Source: Candidatus Eiseniibacteriota bacterium (GTDB lineage: Bacteria > Eisenbacteria > RBG-16-71-46 > CAZEPH01). From it: a DNA stretch of 40,828 bases. The DNA is taken from positions 1 through 40,828 of the forward strand of contig JBGATO010000032.1 in assembly GCA_044229145.1 (NCBI GenBank). Reading direction: 5' to 3'. Shown piece by piece: positions 14,595-23,266 of this stretch. Below the pieces are notes generated by a model. That model was not told the DNA's origin. It saw nothing but the letters and a program-made list of their open reading frames with translations, and made no database searches. The translations under genes were made by a program, and so were the position numbers. Numbering within the stretch: position 1 is the first letter of the stretch; each line of letters begins with the position of its first letter.

Positions 14595-17500
14595 GCCACA
14601 CCTCCGGCGAGCTGCGGCGCGCGGTCGCGCCGCCGCACCAGGTAGTAGAGGACCGGCACCGCGACGCGCGACAGCACGGTAGCCGCCACCTCGCCGCCGA
14701 TCAGCGACACCGCGAGTCCCTGGAAGATCGGGTCGAACAAGATCACGCCGCCGCCCACCGCGACTGCCGCGGCGGTGAGCACCATCGGGCGGAACCGCAC
14801 CGCGCCGGCGTCGATCACCGCCTCGTCGAGCGGCAAACCTTGCGCGCGGCGCAGTTCGATGAAGTCGACGAGGATGATCGAGTTGCGCACCGTGATGCCG
14901 GCGCCGGCGATGAAGCCGATCATCGAGGTGGCGGTGAAGTACGCGCCGAGTGCGGCATGCAGCGGCAGGATGCCGGCAAGGCTGAGCGGGATCGGCAGCA
15001 TGATGACCAATGGTGTCGTGAACGATTTGAACCAGCCGACGGTCAGCACGTAGATGAGCAGCAGCACGACGGCAAACGCGGCGCCCATGTCGCGGAACAC
15101 CTCGAACGTGATCTGCCACTCGCCGTCCCACTTGAGCGAGTACCCCTCGTCCGACGACGGCAACACCGTGCTCATCTGGTGCACGGCGGCACCATCGGGC
15201 GCGCGCAGCCTCGCGACCGCGGGCTTGAGCGCGCCGATGGCGTACACCGGCGATTCCTCGCGGCCGGCGACGTCGCCGAGCACATAGGTCACGCGGTGCA
15301 TGTTCTTGTGGTAGATCTCGGCCGGCACGCTGTCGTGTGTCGCGACGGTGAGTTCGGAAAGCGGCGTACCGTTGCCGGCGCGCACACTTGCGAGCGCACC
15401 CAGCGAACCGCGATCCGCAGGCGCCAAACGCAACGTCACCGGCACCGTCTCCGCCTCGCGATCCGCGCGCAGCACGGCGACGTCACTGCCGCCGAACGCC
15501 GCCGCGAGCGTCGACGTGACCTCGGCCGGCGCGACGCCGGCGAGCACCGCGCGTTCACGATCGACGTCGAGCCGCGCACGCGGCTGACCGCCGGCGTGCA
15601 GGAAATCGGTGTCGACCACGCCCGGCGTGGTGTCGAACACGTGCAGCACCTGCCGCGCGAGCGCGCGCTGCCCCTCGAGCGTCGGTCCGTAGATTTCCGC
15701 CACCAGCGTCGACAACACCGGTGGCCCCGGCGGCACCTCGACGACCTTGAGCCGCGCGCCGTAGCGCGCCGCCACCGGCTGCAACAGCGGCCGCAACCGC
15801 TTGGCGATCGCGTGACTCTGCGCGTGGCGCTTTTTCGCCTCCACCAAGCGCACCTGCAACTCGACCAACCGCGCCTCACCACGCATGTCGTAATGGCGCA
15901 CCAAGCCATTGAAGGTCACGGGCGCGCCGACGCCGGTGTAGATGTCGTAACCCTCGACCTCGGGCGCTTGCAGAACGACGCGCCCCGCTTCGCGTGCCGC
16001 CGCCAACGACGACTCCAACGTCGCGCCCGGCGGCAAGTCGAGCAACACGCTCAGCTCGCTCTTGTTGTCGAACGGCAACATTTTCACGATGACGGCGCGG
16101 AACGCGAACAGCGACATCGCGGCGAGCAACAGCACGCCCATCGCGGCGAAGAACAACGAGCGCGTGCGCGGCTCGTGCAGCAGGCGGCCCATGAACGTGC
16201 GGTAGAGACGGTCCATGCGGCCTTCGCTCGGCGCCGCATGCGCCGCGCCGTGCGGCTTGAGCAACCGGCGCGCCGCCCACGGCGACACGATAAACGCGAC
16301 CAACACCGAGAACGCCATCGCCAACGACGCGCCGATCGGAATCGGCTTCATGTACGGCCCCATCAACCCGCCGACGAACGCCAGCGGCAGGATGGCGGCG
16401 ATGACCGTCACGGTGGCGAGGACGGTCGGATTGCCGACCTCGTCCACCGCTTCCACCACGCGCGTGTCGAGCCGGCGATCGTCGCGCATCGACGCGTGGC
16501 GCGCGATGTTCTCGACGACGACGATCGCGTCGTCCACCAAGATACCGATCGAGAAGATGAGCGCGAACAGCGTGACGCGGTTGAGCGTGTAGCCGAGGAA
16601 GCGATAGACGAACAGCGTCAGCGCGAGCGTCACCGGAATCGCCACCGCGACGACCAGCGCTTCGCGACGGCCGAGCGCGAAGGCGATCAGCGTGATCACC
16701 GAGAGCGTCGCCAGCAACAGGTGGAACATGAGGTCGTCGGACTTGTGCTTGGCGCTCTCGCCGTAGTCGCGTGACACGTCGACCGCGATCTCACGTCCGA
16801 GTAGCGTACCGTGCAAGCCGTCGACGCGATGGCGGAGCGCGGCCACCAACGCGGTCGCGTTGACGCCCGGCCGCTTGCTGACGGCCAGCGCCACCGCCGG
16901 CTGGTCGCCGCCGTGGCGCGAGGCGTGGAAGACATAGCCGGTGCGCTCGCCTGGACCGTCGACGATGTCGGCGATTTCACCCAAGCGCAGCACGCGACCG
17001 TCGGCGGCGCGCAGCGGCAGCGCGCGCAGTTGCGCGACGCTCGTCAGCGGCGCGTCGGCGCGGATGTCGACGTGCGCGCCGCCTTGGTCGCTCGCGCCGG
17101 CCGGCAGGCTGACGCCTGCCGCGCGCAACGTCTGTTCGAGCGCGGCCCACGTCACGCCGGCAGCCGCGAGTGCCTCCGGCCGCGGCGCCACGCTAATGCG
17201 GCGCGGTTCTCCCCCGAGGACCTGCACCGTGGCGACGCCGGGCTCCTTGCGCAACTCCTCGGCGAGCTCGGCGCCCACGCGACGCAGCGCCGCATCGCCG
17301 AGATCCGGACGCGTGGGCGCGCTCAGCGTCAGCACGAGGATCGGCACGTCGTCGATGGCACGCGGCGCCACGGACATCACGTGCGCGCCGGCCGGCAGCG
17401 CGCCCTGCGTTTGATCCAGCCGCGAGCGCACCCGCGTCAACGCCTGATCCGGCGACATGCCAACCTTGAAGCGCGCGATCAGCAGCGCACCGTCGTCACG

Positions 17501-17782
17501 CGAGGTCGAGTAGAGGTATTCGAGGTCGGGGATCTGCCACAGCGCGCGCTCGAGCGGCGTGGTCAGCTGGCGCTCGACCTGGCCGACCGGCGTGCCCGGC
17601 CATGCAACCTGCAGGTCCACCATCGGCACTTGGATTTGCGGCTCTTCCTCGCGCGGCAAGGTCGCCAGCGCGAGCACGCCGAGCAACACCGAGGCGATCA
17701 CGACGAGCGGCGTGATGCGCGAGTGCAGGAATGCACCGGCGAGGCGACCCACCGGACCGAGACCACGTGTGGGCGCGTTCAT
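14591..17782 (-). CDS. RND efflux transporter permease subunit (AcrB/AcrD/AcrF family)
   Basis: 1063 aa; PREEEPQI, TM4 GILVDDAIVVVENI, GGLMGPYMKPIP, VRNSIILVDF, RFRPMVLT, DPIFQGLA. Confidence 0.96.
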   Translation of the reverse strand: MNAPTRGLGPVGRLAGAFLHSRITPLVVIASVLLGVLALATLPREEEPQIQVPMVDLQVAWPGTPVGQVERQLTTPLERALWQIPDLEYLYSTSRDDGALLIARFKVGMSPDQALTRVRSRLDQTQGALPAGAHVMSVAPRAIDDVPILVLTLSAPTRPDLGDAALRRVGAELAEELRKEPGVATVQVLGGEPRRISVAPRPEALAAAGVTWAALEQTLRAAGVSLPAGASDQGGAHVDIRADAPLTSVAQLRALPLRAADGRVLRLGEIADIVDGPGERTGYVFHASRHGGDQPAVALAVSKRPGVNATALVAALRHRVDGLHGTLLGREIAVDVSRDYGESAKHKSDDLMFHLLLATLSVITLIAFALGRREALVVAVAIPVTLALTLFVYRFLGYTLNRVTLFALIFSIGILVDDAIVVVENIARHASMRDDRRLDTRVVEAVDEVGNPTVLATVTVIAAILPLAFVGGLMGPYMKPIPIGASLAMAFSVLVAFIVSPWAARRLLKPHGAAHAAPSEGRMDRLYRTFMGRLLHEPRTRSLFFAAMGVLLLAAMSLFAFRAVIVKMLPFDNKSELSVLLDLPPGATLESSLAAAREAGRVVLQAPEVEGYDIYTGVGAPVTFNGLVRHYDMRGEARLVELQVRLVEAKKRHAQSHAIAKRLRPLLQPVAARYGARLKVVEVPPGPPVLSTLVAEIYGPTLEGQRALARQVLHVFDTTPGVVDTDFLHAGGQPRARLDVDRERAVLAGVAPAEVTSTLAAAFGGSDVAVLRADREAETVPVTLRLAPADRGSLGALASVRAGNGTPLSELTVATHDSVPAEIYHKNMHRVTYVLGDVAGREESPVYAIGALKPAVARLRAPDGAAVHQMSTVLPSSDEGYSLKWDGEWQITFEVFRDMGAAFAVVLLLIYVLTVGWFKSFTTPLVIMLPIPLSLAGILPLHAALGAYFTATSMIGFIAGAGITVRNSIILVDFIELRRAQGLPLDEAVIDAGAVRFRPMVLTAAAVAVGGGVILFDPIFQGLAVSLIGGEVAATVLSRVAVPVLYYLVRRRDRAPQLAGGVA

Positions 17783-18888
17783 GGCGCGACCGTGATTGGC
17801 GCGCCGTCGGTGAGGCCGGCCGCGACGCGCGCGATGCGATCGCCGCGCGTCAAGCCGGAGAGGACTTCGTAGGTGTCACCGTCCTGATGACCGAGATGCA
17901 CCCAGCGCAACCATGCGTGGCCGTCGCGCAGCACGAAGACGCCGGTGAGTTCGCCGCGGGTGAGCACGGCGCTCGGGGGAACGCGCAACGCCGATTCGGC
18001 AGCCGCGGCGCCACCGCGCACCCGGACGCGCACGAAGTCGCCCGGCTGCGTCGCACCGATGCCGTCCGGCGTGAGGTAGGCGAACCGCGAGCGGGTCGTG
18101 GGATCGCTGGCACCGTCGAGACGCGCGAGCCGCGCCGCGTGCCACGCGCCATCGCGGTCCTGAACCTCCCACGCTGCCGTCGCCGCGGCGGGCACCACGG
18201 CATCCGGCACCGCCACCACCACCTCGCGCGCCGACACGCTGCGCAGCGCGAGCAACGGCTGTCCCGGCATCACGCTGGCACCCGGATCGACCAGGTGGCG
18301 CACCACGACGCCGTCGAACGGCGCTTCCACCGTGAGGCTCTGCGTGGCTTGCGTCGCCGCAGCCTGCGCCGCGTGCCAGCCGGCTTCGGCAGCGTCGCGT
18401 TCGTCGCCCGCGAGTTCGCGCTCACGACGCGTGGCGACACCGGCCGCGAACAAGGTGTCGAGCCGCGCTGCCTGGCGGCGCGCAACTTCGTAGCGAACCT
18501 GCGCGGCCGAGGCGGCACTCTGAGCGGCGGCGCGCGCCGCTTCTGCATCCGGGGCCGCGAAGACAGCGACCGCCGCGCCGCGACGCACCGTCCCCCCATC
18601 GGCGACTGGCACCCTGCTCAGTCGCCCGGCGATGCGCGCGGCCACGGTCACTTCTTCGTCCGCCTTCAGGCGCCCGCCGAGGATCAGGGGCGTATCCGAC
18701 ACCTCCGCCCCTACCTCGACCGCTTGCACCGGCACGGCCGCCCCGCCACCGGCGGCCGCGCCGGCAGGGGCCTCCGTGCGCCCACCACACCCGACCGTTG
18801 CGAGGAGTGCGACGAGGCCGAAAGTTCGCAAGTCTGCTATGCTGCTCCACTTGGCGCCGCGTACGCGGCCTGAGGGATTTTGGCTCAT
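17779..18888 (-). CDS. RND efflux periplasmic adaptor (membrane fusion protein), probable lipoprotein; start may instead be TTG 18831
   Basis: Lipobox-like LLATVGC; VAARIAGRL..VPVADG; alpha-hairpin; VEAPFDGVV...DPG; LRVPPSAV...EVLSGL..GD; ATGA overlap with the RND gene. Confidence 0.92.
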   Translation of the reverse strand: MSQNPSGRVRGAKWSSIADLRTFGLVALLATVGCGGRTEAPAGAAAGGGAAVPVQAVEVGAEVSDTPLILGGRLKADEEVTVAARIAGRLSRVPVADGGTVRRGAAVAVFAAPDAEAARAAAQSAASAAQVRYEVARRQAARLDTLFAAGVATRRERELAGDERDAAEAGWHAAQAAATQATQSLTVEAPFDGVVVRHLVDPGASVMPGQPLLALRSVSAREVVVAVPDAVVPAAATAAWEVQDRDGAWHAARLARLDGASDPTTRSRFAYLTPDGIGATQPGDFVRVRVRGGAAAAESALRVPPSAVLTRGELTGVFVLRDGHAWLRWVHLGHQDGDTYEVLSGLTRGDRIARVAAGLTDGAPITVAP

Positions 18889-18907
18889 GGCATTGCATGG
18901 GAGACCG

Positions 18908-19834
18908 ATGGCGGACGAAGGATTCAGCGCGATCGCGCACGAGGCAGCCGATCCGCTCCACCTGGATCAGCCGGCCCGGCACGAATCGCGGCTGCCGCGC
19001 GACGAGGAGGCGCGTCTGCTCGACGCCGCGCGCGCCGGCGACGCCGCGGCACTCCGCTCGCTGCTCGACTCGGTCTCCGGCGTGATCCTGCGCTACGGCC
19101 AATCCTTCTGCCGCCATCCCGAGGACGCCGAGGACGTGATGCAGGACGTCCTCGCCTCGCTCGCCCGCACCGTGCAGTCGTTCCGCGGCGACTCCGCGCT
19201 CAGCACCTGGGCCTACACCGCAGCCCGCCGCGCCTGCGCGCGCAACCGGCGCCGCCGTTCGCATCAGCCGGACTCGTTCGACTCGCTCGACGCACCGGGC
19301 GCGTCCGCGGTGCCGGACGACACCGCGGACCCGCACGCCGACCTCGAACGCCGCGAGTTGCACGCGGCGTTGTCGCGCGCGATCGATGGCTTGCCGCACG
19401 CGTATCGCGAAGCGGTGCTATTGCGCGACATCGAAGGTTTGAGCGCGGAGGAAGCGGCGGCGATCGTCGGCATCAATGTGCGGGCGCTCAAGTCGCGGTT
19501 GCACCGCGCACGGTTGCAGGTGCGCGAGGCGATGGAGCCGTTCGCCGCGGGGCTGGCGCAGATTCCGGCGTCACCGCGCGCCGGCGGACGGCGGCGGTGT
19601 CCCGACATGCTGCGGTTGTTGTCGAAGCATCACGAGGGCGACATCAGCGCGCCGCTGTGCGCCCGGCTCGAGGCGCACGTGCGCGAGTGCCCGCGGTGCA
19701 GTGCGGCGTGTGATTCGTTGAAGCGGGTTCTTGGGGTGTGCCGCGCGTACGGCGATCGCGAGGTGCCGGGCGAGTTGCTGCGCGCGTATCGGCATGCGAT
19801 CGACGCCGTGGTGGCGGAGATGCAGGACGCCTAG
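18908..19834 (+). CDS. ECF sigma-70 factor fused to a C-terminal zf-HC2/ZAS-like Cys-rich domain (start uncertain)
   Basis: Region 2 DAEDVMQDV...FRGDSALSTWAYT; region 4 LPHAYREAVLLRDIEGLSAEEAA...KSRLHRAR; tail CPDMLRLLS..EGDI....CARLEAHVRECPRC. Confidence 0.92.
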   Translation: MADEGFSAIAHEAADPLHLDQPARHESRLPRDEEARLLDAARAGDAAALRSLLDSVSGVILRYGQSFCRHPEDAEDVMQDVLASLARTVQSFRGDSALSTWAYTAARRACARNRRRRSHQPDSFDSLDAPGASAVPDDTADPHADLERRELHAALSRAIDGLPHAYREAVLLRDIEGLSAEEAAAIVGINVRALKSRLHRARLQVREAMEPFAAGLAQIPASPRAGGRRRCPDMLRLLSKHHEGDISAPLCARLEAHVRECPRCSAACDSLKRVLGVCRAYGDREVPGELLRAYRHAIDAVVAEMQDA

Positions 19835-19847
19835 CGGCCTCGCAGCG

Positions 19848-22800
19848 TCAGCGCACCACGAGGAGTTTGCGGGCCACGTGCAGTCCCGGGCCGGCGTATT
19901 CGTAGAAGTACACACCAGGATGCGCGCCGGCCTGCCATCGCACCGTCTGGGTGCCGGCCGCAAGGGCGCGATCGACCGGCACCGCCACCTGCCGTCCACT
20001 CACGTCGAAGACGCGCAGCGTCGCGCGACCACTTTCCACCGCGACGAGACGAAACTCCACCGCACCGCCGCGCACGAGCGCACTGACTGCCGGCACGGCT
20101 ACAGCGTGTGAGCCGTCGACCCCGACCGCTCCGCCCGGCGCAAGACATCCGGTCGGCGAACACTGCGACAGCACTGTCCCCATCCACGCTTCCACCGCAC
20201 CGAGGACCTCATTCCCCTGGGCGACGCCGGGCTGCCGGAGTTGTTCGACGCTGAAACCATCGAGTTGCGTGCGGAAGTGCAAGGCCGTGGTCGACGCGAC
20301 GTCCTGCACCCCGGCGTACCACGTGCCGCTGGCATCCGGGTACTTGAGATTCGTCGCCGCGGCGCCCGCGGTGGCGCCGGTGTACTTGGCGATGTAGTTG
20401 TACGATCGCGAATCGGGGCAGGCGTTGCCGCGCAAGCCGTAGCTTTGACCGGCGGTGCAGTCCGGCCCGAGCCCGCTCAGCGTCACGCCCCACGCCGCGT
20501 TCTTCGCACTGTAGGCCGCGCCCTGATAGGTCGCTCCCAGCGTGGTGTTGAGGAAGGTGAGGCGCGGACCGGTCGCGTTGAGGAAGCGTGCGTTGCCATC
20601 GCCACTCAGCCACAGCATGCGCGTCTTGCCGTCGGCAGTGCGCAACCATCCGTCGAGCGCGCTCACCGCGTTGCCGGCGTTGGCTCCGCTCGACGTCGAG
20701 CCGTACGAGAGGTTGTTCGAGATGAGCGTGCCGGTGCTCCACAGCATCGTGCTGTAGCACTCCGCCATGAGGGACGGCAGCGGGCCGGGCGCGTGATCGC
20801 CGAGTGCGTAGTTCGCCGGATCGAACCGCGAACCGAGATCGTTGCCCATGCCGCTACTCGAAGCGCGCACGTCGAAGCGATCGCACGCCACGCCGAGATT
20901 GCGCAGCGCGTTGTCGATGGCGGGCTGTACGCCGCGATGATCGGCGTGGTCGACGTAGAGGAAGCAGTGCGCGGGCTGCGCGCCGGCGCAATCACTGGTG
21001 CCGTCGCGCGTGGTGAGCGGCAACACGGTGGCTTCTTCGACGTACACGGCGGCCGGGTCGTAGGTGCCGCCCTGCGACGGCCAGCGCTGGTCGCCGATCG
21101 TCGCGCCGGCGCGATCCCCATCGCCATCGCCGGTGAACGGGTTCGGCGCGTACTCGTCGCCGCGCGACGGGATGAAGGTCGAGTGCACGACGTACTCGAT
21201 GTGCGTGCCCGGCGTGAAGAGATCGTCCGGGAAGAGGGCGAGGTTCTCGGCGCCCGCGGTAAGCGCGCTCCAGTCGCCAAGCCCCGCGTAGCGGGTGCCG
21301 GCGGCGGGCGGCGACTCGTGGAAGCAGCTCATGAACGTGCTCGTGGTGCTGGTGGTCGCGGGCGGACCGCTGGGACTCGTTTGTGCGGTGTCGGCGCGTG
21401 CCACCGCGAAACCGGCGTAGGGCCCCGACGCGATCTTCGGCTGCGCGAGATACGCCTGCCACCACGGGTGCGCGGTGTCGAGACACGGCCCCGGCGTCAC
21501 CCGGATCAGGTAGTCCACCTCGGCGGGCATCTCCGGCGTGCACGAGGTCGCGATCGTACAGGTCAACGAGTCGCCGAGACGCGTGCGTGACTTGTTGGGG
21601 TAGACATTCAACCCTTCGTCCATCTTCGCCGGCGTCGACTTCGCGAGCGCGAACGTCGCCGCGTGCGGAAAGGCGTCGTGCAGGAATTCGTAGGATTGCA
21701 GCGCGATCGCCGGCGCGCTGTTCTCGGCCGCACGCACCGAGATATTGTCCCAGTACGGCGCCGGCGACCCGGCGAAGAAGCACTTGTCGGCCGGCGCATA
21801 ATACGTTTGCACCGCGAGTGCGACTTGGAGGCGTTGTGCGTGCGCGGGTATCGCGGTCGAGAGATCGGCGAGGCGCCGTGCACACGCGGCGGTCGTCGTG
21901 CTCGCATCGCCGGAGGATGTCGACGTCGTAACCCAAGGCGACCAGGCACTCGTGTCGAGGCACGCGCAGTCGGAGGATTCATAGGGCGAGTAGCGCACCT
22001 GCACGAGGGAACTCACACCGCACAGGATCGGGCTGTCCTCGTAGAGATCGTATTGCATCTCATACTTCGACGCCGGATAGCCGGGGCACTGCGTGAGGTC
22101 GACCACCGGCGACACGAGTTGCTCGTATTGATCCCATGCTGGGTGGTAGGGCGAGGTCAGCTCGCCCGCCAGGGCGACGCTGCCGGCCAATTGGCACGGG
22201 GTACGGCAATCGAATGTCATCAGCGGCAGCGACGCCCACGCGGCGAGCTTCGCGTGGAGTCCCATTTGCTGCACGCGGCCGAACGTCCAGCCATTCGCGC
22301 CGGCATCCCAGGTGGTGAGATCCGCGCCGAGCGCCACGTCGTCGAGTTCGAACAAGCCATCGTGGCTGTCGCGGCCGCAATCGCCGTCGGAGTACTGCGT
22401 GTCGGTTTCGCCGTCGAAGATTACAGACACGGTTTGTCCCGCGAACGCGGACAGGTCGAAGTCCTGCACCCCTGAGGCGATGCCGGAGTACGTTGCCAGC
22501 GTGTCGAAAGCGCCGAAGGTGCCGCGTGCCGGCATCGCGTACAACGTACCGCCGAGCGCGGCGGGGGCGGTGCCGATCAGCAGGTAGACGACGTCGTATC
22601 CGGGTTCGGAGTCGCAGCGATACGCAAAGTGCAGGTGATCGCCCGCCTGAACCGTGACCGTCTTGAAGGCGACCTGCCACAGGCCGTTGTCGTATCCCGG
22701 GAAACAGCCTTTCACGCGCCCGCAGGCGTTGACGACGCCGGTGCTCCCGAACCAGCAGACGTTGCCAGTGAACAGCGCGCCATTGCCGGCACTGCCGGGC

Positions 22801-23018
22801 ACTCCCGAAAGGTCGGCGATGTGCGGCGAGACCCCGGAGTTGGTCGTCGAATCGTTCGCCGTCCAGCCTTGCCAGCCGGATTCGAAGTCCCACGGGCCCC
22901 ACACGAAGGTGTCGGTGACGGCGGTGGTGCGTGCAGCGTCATGGGAGGCGGCGCGAGCGGCTGGCGCACTCAGCAGCGCCGCGCAACAGAGGGCCGCAAG
23001 GACGTGGACGCGAGGCAT
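19848..23018 (-). CDS. Large secreted Cys-rich multidomain protein with FlgD-Ig/T9SS-CTD-like C-terminus
   Basis: Signal peptide MPRVHVLAALCCAALLSAPAARA; WDFESGWQGW beta-sandwich-like start; C-terminus ATLRVFDVSGRQVA...AGTQTVRW...PGVYFY...RKLLVVR; 1056 aa; GGAGG SD. Confidence 0.85.
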   Translation of the reverse strand: MPRVHVLAALCCAALLSAPAARAASHDAARTTAVTDTFVWGPWDFESGWQGWTANDSTTNSGVSPHIADLSGVPGSAGNGALFTGNVCWFGSTGVVNACGRVKGCFPGYDNGLWQVAFKTVTVQAGDHLHFAYRCDSEPGYDVVYLLIGTAPAALGGTLYAMPARGTFGAFDTLATYSGIASGVQDFDLSAFAGQTVSVIFDGETDTQYSDGDCGRDSHDGLFELDDVALGADLTTWDAGANGWTFGRVQQMGLHAKLAAWASLPLMTFDCRTPCQLAGSVALAGELTSPYHPAWDQYEQLVSPVVDLTQCPGYPASKYEMQYDLYEDSPILCGVSSLVQVRYSPYESSDCACLDTSAWSPWVTTSTSSGDASTTTAACARRLADLSTAIPAHAQRLQVALAVQTYYAPADKCFFAGSPAPYWDNISVRAAENSAPAIALQSYEFLHDAFPHAATFALAKSTPAKMDEGLNVYPNKSRTRLGDSLTCTIATSCTPEMPAEVDYLIRVTPGPCLDTAHPWWQAYLAQPKIASGPYAGFAVARADTAQTSPSGPPATTSTTSTFMSCFHESPPAAGTRYAGLGDWSALTAGAENLALFPDDLFTPGTHIEYVVHSTFIPSRGDEYAPNPFTGDGDGDRAGATIGDQRWPSQGGTYDPAAVYVEEATVLPLTTRDGTSDCAGAQPAHCFLYVDHADHRGVQPAIDNALRNLGVACDRFDVRASSSGMGNDLGSRFDPANYALGDHAPGPLPSLMAECYSTMLWSTGTLISNNLSYGSTSSGANAGNAVSALDGWLRTADGKTRMLWLSGDGNARFLNATGPRLTFLNTTLGATYQGAAYSAKNAAWGVTLSGLGPDCTAGQSYGLRGNACPDSRSYNYIAKYTGATAGAAATNLKYPDASGTWYAGVQDVASTTALHFRTQLDGFSVEQLRQPGVAQGNEVLGAVEAWMGTVLSQCSPTGCLAPGGAVGVDGSHAVAVPAVSALVRGGAVEFRLVAVESGRATLRVFDVSGRQVAVPVDRALAAGTQTVRWQAGAHPGVYFYEYAGPGLHVARKLLVVR

Positions 23019-23111
23019 GACGATGCCCTCCGGAGCGGAGTCGGACGCTGCACGAGGGCGCGGCGGTGGTCGTCGTGGCCGGCAGGAGCCGCAACCCTCT
23101 ACCACGGGATG

Positions 23112-23140
23112 AGCATAGCGCACGCCCCTTGGACGGACAA
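23112..23140 (-). promoter_or_regulatory. Candidate sigma70 promoter for the large secreted protein
   Basis: Minus strand TTGTCC-N17-TATGCT. Confidence 0.55.
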
Positions 23141-23180
23141 CGATGGGCCCACCGTCCCATAGCGCTTCGTGTGACCGGAA

Positions 23181-23209
23181 TTGCTTCCATCACTGACGAA
23201 TGGTACTAT
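23181..23209 (+). promoter_or_regulatory. Candidate sigma70 promoter with extended -10 for the NHL-repeat gene
   Basis: TTGCTT-N17-TACTAT, with TGn directly upstream of the -10. Confidence 0.6.
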
Positions 23210-23266
23210 CGCCTGCAGTCTCGGCATCAGCGCTTTGCTTGCTCCACCGACAGGAGAATCCTCGCC

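Noticed and set aside
23227..23253. FliA-like TCAGC-N14-ACCGACAG upstream of the NHL gene
   Set aside because: It overlaps the SD, and a better sigma70 promoter lies at 23181-23209; probably a chance match.
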